Assembly (NCBI GenBank): GCA_033442325.1
Contig: JAWQFM010000010.1
Coordinates: forward strand, 1,484,019-1,548,018
From: Salpingoeca rosetta
Taxonomy: Eukaryota > Protista > Choanoflagellata
Length of the DNA stretch: 64,000 nt
Direction of reading: 5' to 3'
The notes under the pieces are model-generated. The model had not been told where the DNA came from, did no database searches, and was given only the letters and a program-made list of their open reading frames with translations. Made by a program: the position numbers and the translations under genes. Shown piece after piece: positions 21,501 through 36,267 of this stretch. Within the stretch, counting starts at the first letter, position 1. Each line of letters opens with the position of its first letter.

Positions 21501-22475
21501 CGCAGGCAAGCTGCAAGGCACAGCTATCCAACCCAACAGTAACAACAACAGCAACAACCAAAACAACGGCATGACGTGACAGAGGGTGAGACGGTAATGG
21601 TGGTGGTGACGAGGAAGTTGACACATGGATTGGACAATGTTCGATGGAAAGAAGGGGCAGACAATGTGTCTGTGTAAGGTGCACTGGCTTCTCACAGCCA
21701 AACTGAAAGAGAACGACGGGGCAGGTGGGAGCTGCACGTCAATGACTCAATCACTCACGTGTGCACGAGGGAGGTGGTGCATCAAACGCGGTTGTGTTGG
21801 CGTTTAGGGCTGTGCAGGTGCGGGTGACATCTGCGCCCGCGTAGCCACGTGCACACTCCCAGGTACACGCGTCACCAACAGGCACAAGCGAGCGGCAACC
21901 ATGGCTCACAATAGCGCTCTCATCCTCCGCAGGGTTGCACGGTGCTGTGCAAGAAAGTGACAAGGTGGTGGTGATGGCGGTGACGGTGGTGTAACGTGAG
22001 TTGTGTGGGGGAGAGGGAATCTACGCAGCCATACGCACGCATACACAACCCAAGCAAACACAAACACAAACACAAACACAAACACATACACAACACAAAC
22101 CAACATAACAACACAAACACAAACTTAAACACATACACATACATACAATGCACAACACAAACATGCACAAACACACGCACCAAAACATGTTGGAAGGGAC
22201 CCTTGGAACGTGGAGTTGGAGCCGCACACGAGCGTCTGGGGCGTGCCGGTGTACGAGCCAGAGACGTCGCACGAGGCAATGCAGGTGGCGCCGAGCGCAA
22301 CATTGTTGCAGTTGTGCACGACATGGCTTGGCACTGCTCCAAAGGAAGCTACGAGCGAGGCAGCGTCGCACGCCCCGCCATCCTGCACAGCACACCCCAT
22401 CTGCGCCACCGCCAACAGCTGCGCGCACACCACGAGCGCCAGCCACGGGCCACACACACGGTGCTTTGATGCCAT
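17374..22475 (-). CDS. Secreted modular protein: signal peptide, 3 sushi/CCP-like modules, coiled coil, TNFR/furin-like Cys repeats, C-terminal PA14-like domain
   Basis: [24 protein letters not shown] signal; [13 protein letters not shown]...[11 protein letters not shown]-type modules x3; [13 protein letters not shown]; heptad region ([28 protein letters not shown]); [30 protein letters not shown]; terminal [15 protein letters not shown]...[24 protein letters not shown]. Confidence 0.75.
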
Positions 22476-22765
22476 GGTTCTCCAGCACACACCACGGGTA
22501 TGTTGTTGCTGTTCCCACGCGTTTTGCTTTGAAGCGCTGAGCAGAACAACGGCAGCGTTGTGAGTTTGTATTGGAGCAAATGGGAACAACAACAAGCAAA
22601 ACCAAAACAAACAACAACACAAATTAAATGGATGGACAGGCAGGTTTTGCTTTTTGACGTTTCGCGCGTCCATTGACATTCATTTACTGTCGAGGCTGTC
22701 ACACGTCATACAACACACGTCACAACACACGTCACAGCACATCACAGTCACAGCATATGTGTTCC

Positions 22766-23152
22766 TCATGTGACTGTTGCTGCTGAAGGGTAAGCCACAC
22801 GTTGGTCCTGCAAGAACGCGGCCCACACCTTTGGAAACAACGACCCAACAGCCTCGGGCGTGAACGAAGGAGCAGCAGATACAGATGCATCATCATCACC
22901 ATTATCACCATCACCATCATCGCCATCATCATCGCCATTGTCAGCATGTGCTTGTTGTTGTTGCTGCTGCTGCTGCCTCTCACGGCGGGCACGAGGGCGG
23001 TACTGGTCTCGATGCGCGGTTGCATCAAAGGCCAAGTGCTCCTCGCTAATCACCCACTCAATGAACCTCTGTTGTTTGGTGTGCGTTTGTGTTTGGTGCG
23101 TGTGTGGTATGTAATGTGAAGAACAGCGACGGGGTGCATCCAACAGTCACTG

Positions 23153-23226
<74 letters not shown>

Positions 23227-23397
23227 GCATGCACGCACACACACACACGATCAAACACACCTTTGCCAAAGCCTGCCACTGCATCAGTTCGTCCTTGCTA
23301 AAGCCGAGCCAGTCGCGGATATCGCGCAGGCGCGCGTTGGTCTTTGTCACGCACGATGATCGAATCGACGCATACGGCGTGTCTGGCGACTTCACCT

Positions 23398-23475
<78 letters not shown>

Positions 23476-24915
23476 CGTGCATGTGTGTGTGTGTGTGCGT
23501 GCGTGAGAACGAACACTGAAGATTGCTGACACACAATATTCGTTGTGACGCAGCGTTGTGACGTTGAAACGCAGCAACTCAGGCACCCATCACCTCCCTC
23601 AAGTTGTTATCACTGCTGGGCGTGAGTGCACGTACCACGCGGGAGACGGCCGCCTTGACCTTTTCGCGGATGGCGCGAAGAACAACATACCAGATTGTCT
23701 TCTTCTTGAACAGCCCAATCACCTTGGGAGAGGCAGTGTGGCGGTGCAATGAGTGGTGATGGTGAGGTGCGCTGTCAAGAACGGCAAACGCAAGCAGACA
23801 CATGCACACGCGTACATCAACATGCACATATGCACATATGAGCAGAGGAGATTGGTCACTCACGTTTCCGGTTGTTGTGTCTGAATCAAGGATGTACAGC
23901 ACCCGTCCCTCCTGAAGAGAAAAAAAAACATGGTGGCATGCCGCGAATGAGCTACATGTGCGTGCGTACACATGCGCGCGCACATACGCCACACGCGTGT
24001 ACATATATACACACGCACGCACATACACATACATGTGCACACACATGCACACACGCACACACCTTGCCAAAGGTACGGCGCACGTCTGCTGTGTGCTCGT
24101 TGAAGCGAATAAACGGAATAACCTGCGGTACGCGCAATGTAAAAAGGTGTGAAACAACAACATGTTGGCGGAGCAATCGATCGTATGCACACAGGAGCGT
24201 GCGCGCACGCAAAATTCGCACACACACACACACGCACACACTTGCAGACAGACAGACACACACACACACACGCACACACTTACAGACACACACACGCACG
24301 CACGCACACACTTACATACACACGCGCGCGCACAACACACACGCACACATGCACACGCGCACACACGCACGTCGTAGTTGACCGTCTCCATGCCAAGCCG
24401 CCGCATAATCTCAATGCCAACAAGTGGATGCACATCACACAACGACGACCTGCAAACACAGCCAGGAAACACGTGAGATGCGTGAAGGCGCAGTGCTGTA
24501 CGTGCACATGCACATGTGATTTTCCCTTCAGAAGAAACATGTGGCAGCGACAACCATACCGCTGTCCGTCAAAGTGCTGCGCTGTGAATGCAAAGAAGAG
24601 CAGTCGCGGTGTGTCCCCCAGCAGCTCCACATGCTGGTATGACGGCTGCACGTGTTCACCGCATTGCGTGGACCAGCATTTCACAACCGTGAATAAGCGA
24701 AACGTGTCAGATTGAAGTGACAACACAACACAACGCTCGCACATGTAAGCGCACTCCACGACACACACACACACACACACACCTGCAAGAGCTCAAAGTT
24801 TGCTGTGAAGCCCGTGCAAGCGAGGAAGGACAGCAGTGCGGCGCCTTTGTCCTCAAGCTTCTCCAGACACTCGAAGATGACACGTGCAATCACGGCAGCA
24901 ATCCTATCCCAAGAT

Positions 24916-25007
<92 letters not shown>

Positions 25008-26308
25008 GCACGTGGTCAAAGGATGAGACATCGACGTGCTGTGCGCGTACGGGTACAACTCATGCATGTAATCTCCCCAACCGCCCTGCAAGCAAGTGTG
25101 CACTCACCGAAACTTGCTATCCGTGTACAACTCAATATCGCTGCGCTTGGTGACGCACATGTGTACGTTCTTTGAGCCGCACACCAACACATACTTGTTC
25201 TGTAACCAGCAAGCATGCGTATGTCAGAATGGCGCGAGCACATACAAGGGCATTCACACACGCACAAACACACACGCACAAACACACACGCACAAACACA
25301 CGCGCATTCACACACACACACGCACACACACACACACGCACACACACACACACGCACACACACACACACACACGCACACAACACGCACACACACACACAC
25401 ACACGCACACACACAAACACACAAACACCCAAAGCACACAAAGCACACACCTGAATCCAACGGCAGGCGAGATGAGCGGCTTCACCGTTGGCCTTCTCCA
25501 TGGAGAAGATGGTGTGCGCCTGCTCGATGGGAGCCAAGAAGTAGGACGTCCACGCAGCTTCCTGACCCGGTCCAGCAGGCATGTCATCATCATCTCCCAA
25601 ACCACCCGTGAACTTGCGCAGCCCTTGCAGCACGGGAATCTGCAATGCCTTGCCCTTGTACTGCAGCTGCAAGATCGAATTGCCCCTGGCGATGCGATCC
25701 CGGATCTGCAAAACCACCAGCCAGAGTGAGATGCACGCGACCATGGAATGCACATTCACAACCACACACACACACACATACACACACACACACACACTGG
25801 CACTCACACTCACACTCACACTCACACTCACACACTCACACTCACACACGCACACCCACACTCACACACACACACTCTCTCACACACTGGCACTCACACT
25901 CACACACTCACACTCACACGCACACCCACACTCACTCACTCACACTTACACACTCACACACACACACGCACACACACACACTCACACTCACACACGCACA
26001 TCTTTGTTGTGGAGAAAGACGAGGTCATCTGGGCCCCGGGACTTGACGCGAATGTCAACGACTGCCATGCTGGTGCAGTTCTTGGGCAGCAGTGAGCGGT
26101 GAACAGGGATCTCCTGAGCGCGCAAATCGCGATGTTGGCGGACGAACGCAAGCACGTCCTTGCACGTGGCAGTGTCTGCGAGCTCCTCGACGCCTGCGTC
26201 CTTGCAATGCATCTTGCAGTGCTCAATCAGCGCGTCCACAGCATCGGCCACGCGACCTGTGTCGTGCAGTGGCACATCGCCAACCATCTTCTTCACCAGC
26301 GCCGCCAT
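22766..26308 (-). CDS. Putative ATP-dependent RNA ligase, T4 Rnl1 / fungal Trl1-ligase-like, stand-alone
   Basis: Spliced exons carry covalent nucleotidyltransferase motifs in order: IARG, GLRKFTG, motif I MEKANGE (25481-25501), motif Ia CGSKN, motif III ANFE, IIIa LLFFA, motif IV EGRVLY, motif V FKKKTIWY, then a helical C-terminal domain ending FPKVWAAFL...*. Confidence 0.72.
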
Positions 26309-26683
26309 TTTCTCAGACAGAAAGAAGCCGAATGCTTTCCAAACGCAAGCAAGCAACCAGGGAATCGGGCAATGCAGTACCCCACGCAGCAGGTGCCGGT
26401 GTGTGTCCTCTCTTCGGTCCAACACGAAGGTAAATAAATGAATGAGAGTGCCTCGCGGCTGGAGCTGGAGAACAGCCACAGATCAGTTGGTCAGCCGTGT
26501 AACAACAAACAACCAAGCAGCCATAACTGCGCGTTCGGTCATCTTGGGTGTGCTGACGTCAGCAGTTTGCTTGCTGGCTTTGTTTGTGTGGATTTCCGCC
26601 ACTGCGCAATCCCCCTCCCCGCCAAGTCCTTCCAACCTTACGATTGCGATCACTCGATCACCCACCAACGAGAACGAAGAACA

Positions 26684-27308
26684 ATGAGTGCCGAGAACCC
26701 AACAGAGCCGCTTGTCTTTGTGGCAAGGTTAGGCTGTGTGTACGTGTGTGTATGTGTGTGCGTTGTGTATATGTATGTGTATGTGTTTGAACCGCAACAG
26801 GGTACGTTAACGATCGCGTCCACGATCTAGTCGCGCACAGACAGACAGACAGACACACACACACACAGACACACACAGACAGACAGACAGACACACACAC
26901 ACACACACACACACGCTCACATGCTCACGCTCACATGCTCACACGCCCACACACACACACACACGTTGACATCATCTGTTTCCCCGTCAACATGGGTGTT
27001 GTGCACAGCTACAACAAGTTTGAGAACCTGGCACACACGCCGGACGGCACGGTGTCGGCGCATTCGCTCTACGTCTACCGGCTCGACACGCAAACAGGCC
27101 AGCTCGTGTTACTCACCGTCCTGGACGGTTTCGAGAATCCAGCCTTCCTGCGCTATCACCCCCAGGTGCGTCAACTGCCACAACACAGACCGCTACATTC
27201 GTATGACATTGAATGGGGTCATCCTGTGCCCTTTGGCGGTCTCTGTTGTGTCCAACATGAGCGTTCATTGGTTGCACTTTGCAACTGCCGCACACCCGGT
27301 TCTCACAC

Positions 27309-27345
<37 letters not shown>

Positions 27346-27715
27346 CGCACGCAGCTGAATGTGCTGTACTTCTGCACGGAAAGCATCGCGGACGATGGCG
27401 ACATTGTGGCGTGCAAGGTGAACGCACGCACGGGTGCACTCAGCGTCTTGGGCAAGTGGTCCGCGCATGGCAAATCCACCTGCTACCTCACCATCGACAC
27501 AGACCTCAAGCACATGCTCGGTTCGTTGTCTGCGTGCGTGCGTGCGTGCGTGCGTGTGTGTATCGATGGGCACTCTTCCTTCTCTTGCAAGGCGTCTTGA
27601 ATCGTGTCATTCCGTTTAGCACCCTCTGTCCCCGTCTCTGCCCCAAACACACACACACACACACGCACACACACGCACACACACACGCACACACACACAC
27701 ACACACACTCACTCA

Positions 27716-27804
<89 letters not shown>

Positions 27805-28157
27805 CACACACATGCACGTGTGGCGCTGCGATAGCGGTCAACTACTGGGACTCGACGCTGTCTGTGCTTCCGATGGAGACAAGCGGGGCCCTGTCTCCCG
27901 TCTCCTTCAAGCTTGTGCCGGACCGGAAGGTGGTTGCGAGCTCTCGAAGTGACCACCTCACCAACCGGCAGCTGGAGCCCCACAACCACGCCATTGTGCT
28001 TGATCCATACAACGGTACGGTGGCATATGTGCCAGACCTCGGCACGGATGTCATCAAGCAGTTTGTCTTTGATAAAGGCACAGGCAGTCTCATCCATGCG
28101 GGGCAGTTTCAGTCAGGATCCGGTTCGTCCCATGTGTGTGTGTGTGTGTGTGTGCTC

Positions 28158-28188
<31 letters not shown>

Positions 28189-28665
28189 TCTTTGTGTGTG
28201 TGTGTGTGTGTCTGCCAGTGTCTAAAGGTGTTTGTGCGTGTGTGTGTGTGTCTGTGTATGTGTTTTTGAATGCGCGCGTGTGTGTGTCTGTGTAGATACT
28301 GATGTGTATAGTTGTGTGGTCGTACAGTACACATGGGCATATCGTTATGCGCGCCTCGTCACATCCCTCACACCACCTCTTACCGCCTCTGCATCTCTCG
28401 TCATTTCTCCCAACACCCCTTCCCCTCCACATATCTTACTCATACCTGTGCACATGCACAACAGACGAGCTGAAGCCCCATGGTCCCCGCTACTTGCAGT
28501 TCCACCCAAAGCTGCCTGTTGCGTACGTTGTGAACGAGCTGTCGTCAACCGTTGCGGTGTTCTCCTTCAACATCGAGCAAGCCGCACGCATCGCCGAGGA
28601 GCCAGAGAAGCCGACTCTCACCCTGCTCCAAACCATCAGCACCATCCCTTCAGGTACGTTGGGCG

Positions 28666-28762
<97 letters not shown>

Positions 28763-29250
28763 TACTGTGCGCAGGTCTGCACACAGTTCTGTGCAGCTCT
28801 ATTTGCCTGCCTACATGCATGCACACCTTCATGCATGGATGCCATCTCGTTACTCAGCACACTCGCCCGTGCGCTCTGCAATACATGTGCACTTTGTCTG
28901 TTCCAGCGTTTCCGCGCCATCTCAACACGTGCGGGCGCATCACAGTCACCAACGCGGGCACCTTTGTTGTCGTGTCCAACCGCGGCCACAACTCCATCAG
29001 CACATATCGCGTCAACGATGACGGGACGCTCTGCTCAGCCGACTACTTTCACACGCGCGGGAGAACGCCGCGCCACTTCCAGTTTGACTCCACCGGAAAC
29101 TGGCTCCTTGTCGCCAATCAGGACACGGATTCTGTGTCCGTGTTTTCGTTTGATCGCAAGCACGGCACGCTCAACTTTGCAGGACACACGTACGACGTGC
29201 CGTCTCCCAACTTTGTCTGCGTGCAAATGCCATACCACGAGGCTCAATGA
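26684..29250 (+). CDS. Seven-bladed beta-propeller lactonase (bacterial Pgl/YbhE 6-phosphogluconolactonase / cycloisomerase family), multi-exon
   Basis: ENPAFLRYHP, STCYL, AVNYWDS, RQLEPHNHAIVLDP..AYVPDLGTD, HGPRYLQFHP..AYVVNELSSTV, VVSNRGHNSI, GRTPRHFQFD..WLLVANQDTDSV..PSPNFV. Confidence 0.9.
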
Positions 29251-29516
29251 AGCAATTTGCGCGGTGCCCGTGCTTCTCTTGCAAACGTATGCGTGCGTGC
29301 GTGCGTGTGTGTGTGTGTTTGTGTGCGTGTGTATGTGTGTTGTGTGCGTGTGGTTGCTGTGCGAGTGCCGTGGAAGCTTCGACAGATGTGTTGTACATTG
29401 TGGTTTTATTAAAAGGCAAGGAATTCACAGCGCAGAGGCAAGGCAGACATGCAAACATTGTTCGTTTAAGGGGGCAGATAGGCGAAAGTGTGTGTGTGTG
29501 TGTGTGCGTGTGGTGC

Positions 29517-29632
29517 GCATTCATGTGTGTGGTGCGCGCATTCATGTGTGTGGTGTGCGCATTCATGTGTGTGGTGTGCGCATTCATGTGTGTGGTGCGC
29601 GCATTCATGTGTGTGGTGCGCGCATTCATGTG
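29517..29632 (+). repeat. 21-bp minisatellite (gcattcatgtgtgtggtg(c/t)gc) x ~5.5
   Basis: Direct tandem copies between the convergent 3' ends of the lactonase and RNF14-like genes; no unique spacers. Confidence 0.9.
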
Positions 29633-29680
29633 TGTGCATGTATGCGCGCAAACACGCACGCCAGCGTATGTGGTTCAAGG

Positions 29681-33793
<4,113 letters not shown>

Positions 33794-33943
33794 TGTCGAT
33801 GGTTGTTGTGCGTTGTTGGCGAAGATGACATGACACGAATGAATGCAACATCATCAGTCGTGTGACACAACAAGATTTTAATTGACAGCTTGACGGCCAC
33901 GCAACTGCCATGCCATGTCACCCACGCACGCTCACACCTCATC

Positions 33944-36073
33944 TCACTCGCTCACCACCGCTGCCTTCTCCTTCTTGACCTTCTTGTCCTTCTTCTTCTT
34001 GTCCTTCTTGTCCTTCCTCGCCTTGCCTTCGATCTTCCCCTCCTTCGGCCCATCGTCCATCGTCATCTTTGCCTTCTTGGCCGCGTGCTCGCCAGCATCT
34101 CCAGTACCGCCAGCATCTGCTGCCTCCACCTCTCTCTTTTCACCATGCCCCCTACCCCTACCTCTGCCCCTACCTCTGCCCCTACCTCTGCCACCACGGC
34201 CACCACGGCCACCACGGCCACGACCACGCTTTGCTGCCTCTGTTCGTTCTGCAACAATCTCCTCCGCTTCCATCAGCACATCCGTGCTTGGCTGCACGCG
34301 CATCTTGTACTGCGCAGGCTTCATAAACACCAGCGTCTGTGTGTGTGTGTGTGTGCGTGTGTGTGGTAAGCGTGTGTGAATGAGTGTGTGTCGTTGGTGT
34401 GTGTGTGTGTGTTGTTGTTGTTGTTGTTGGTGTGTGTCGTTGGTGTGTGTGTATAGTGTACGTGAAGGTGTGAATGAGTGAGAAAGTGCAGGTGTGTGAA
34501 CGAGATTGTGTAGATAGTCTGTAGATCGTGTAAGAGCCAGTTTATCAAACAGAGACTCGAATCCTGGGATGCTCCCCATCACCTCACGTCCATCAGCAAG
34601 CACAAGCCCTTCCCTCCCCCAACACACGCACACACACACACACACACCTTGCATCTGGCTGCCGCCTTGTCGGACTCTGCGTCAAACTCCTTTGCCTCTG
34701 CCAGCGTCGTCTTGTGGCGGTACCCTGGGAAGAGCTGGGCGTTGAAGTCGAGCATGCCTGCCAGCACCAGGCCGGCCTCTTTCCCAAGCGCAGGAATGTC
34801 CCAGCCGCTGTAGGGGAGGCTGCATACGAAGGACGCAAGGGGCACGCGCGGGGAGAGATGAGGCTGAGATGTCCACGCGTCTGAAAAGCACAAAGCCTAC
34901 GGTTTCTCTCTCACACACGTACACACTCACACACACGCATGCACAGTGCATGCGAACGAACCCTGACCCTCACAATCGCGCGCACACACACACACACACA
35001 CACACGCACACACACATCTTCACGCACACACACACGCACACACACACACACGCACACGCACACACACACGCACACACACACACACATCTTCACGCACGCA
35101 CGCACCTCATTTTGATGGTGATGTGAACTTGGCCGTTGGGATGGAGGACAAACGGGGATGAGAAGAGGAAGCGACGAACCAGCTCTTTGTTCAGATGCAC
35201 ACGCTGCTCCCCCGTGTGCGGGAAGTTGAACACAACGCGATGGAAGTACTCGCGCTGCTTTGGAAAGTGGTTGTGCAAGTTGCCGGCATCGATGTCGTGT
35301 ACGACCTGCGCTCCGCCGCGCTTGATCGCGCCAATGTTGCGCTTGCTGGCCTTGTACTTCTTCTCCACCTCCTCCAGGCTGTCATAGGAGGTGGCGACGA
35401 GGCGATCGGCGTGGCCGCCAACATGCTCCACCAAGCCCGCAGAGAAGCTGAAATCGCCATCGCCCACAACCAGGATGCGGTGCGTGCTCTTGTACTTGAC
35501 ATCCGCCGTTGCCCTCTCCCGATCCTCCCCGGCTGTGGGCTTGGGCGATTTCTCGGGCCGCTTTCCTTCGCGGGTCTGCTTTGTTCTCCCAGCCGGTGGT
35601 GCATATTCCACTTGATGGTCTGCGCGTCCTCCGCGTCCTCCGCGTCCTCCGCGTCCTCCGCGTCCTGGCCCACGACCACGGCCACGACCACGGCCACGAC
35701 CACGGCCACGGCCACCCCTGTCACCACCTCGACCTCCCCTGAATCCACTTCCTCGATCACCGCCTTCTTCTCTACCACCCCTGAACCCTCCTCCCCTGCC
35801 ACCACCACCACCACCACGACCACCCGTGAATCCTCCTCTGCCACCACCACGACCACCACGACCACCCCTGAATCCTCCTCGGCCACCACCACCACGACCG
35901 CCACCTCTGCCACCACCACCACGACCACCCCTGAATCCACCCCGGCCACGACCACCACCCCGGCCACGACCACCACCACGACCACCACGACCTCCTCTGC
36001 CACCGCGCACCAACATCATGTCTCGTGTGTTCGGCCACGAGGGTTGCGGAAAATTTGCAATGATTCCCGACAT
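33944..36073 (-). CDS. BMT5: BMT5-like (DUF2431) 25S rRNA uridine-N3 methyltransferase with long RGG N-terminus and Lys-rich tail
   Basis: [41 protein letters not shown]...FL.S..VL...[29 protein letters not shown]; GAR domain N-terminal. Confidence 0.85.
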
Positions 36074-36267
36074 ATCACCGAATTACATCATGGCAGTGGC
36101 GTTGGGCCAAGAAGGACAAGCAACTCACATCGAAGAGAGAACACAAACCAAGCTAACGTTGTTGCTTGCTTGCTTCATCATCATTCACACCTCCTTGACT
36201 TGCTTCACCGACTGAGCGGTGCCTGCGAACGACAGACGATCAAGGTAGAAGACGGCAGCGAGAACAC
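36074..36267. promoter_or_regulatory. Putative bidirectional promoter (~195 bp) between the BMT5-like and hydrogenase genes
   Basis: Divergent ATGs at 36073 (-) and 36268 (+). Inferred from geometry. Confidence 0.5.

Noticed and set aside
29517-29632. Regularly spaced 21-bp repeats as a possible CRISPR array
   Set aside because: Head-to-tail tandem units with no unique spacers, no cas genes and a eukaryotic context; a minisatellite.
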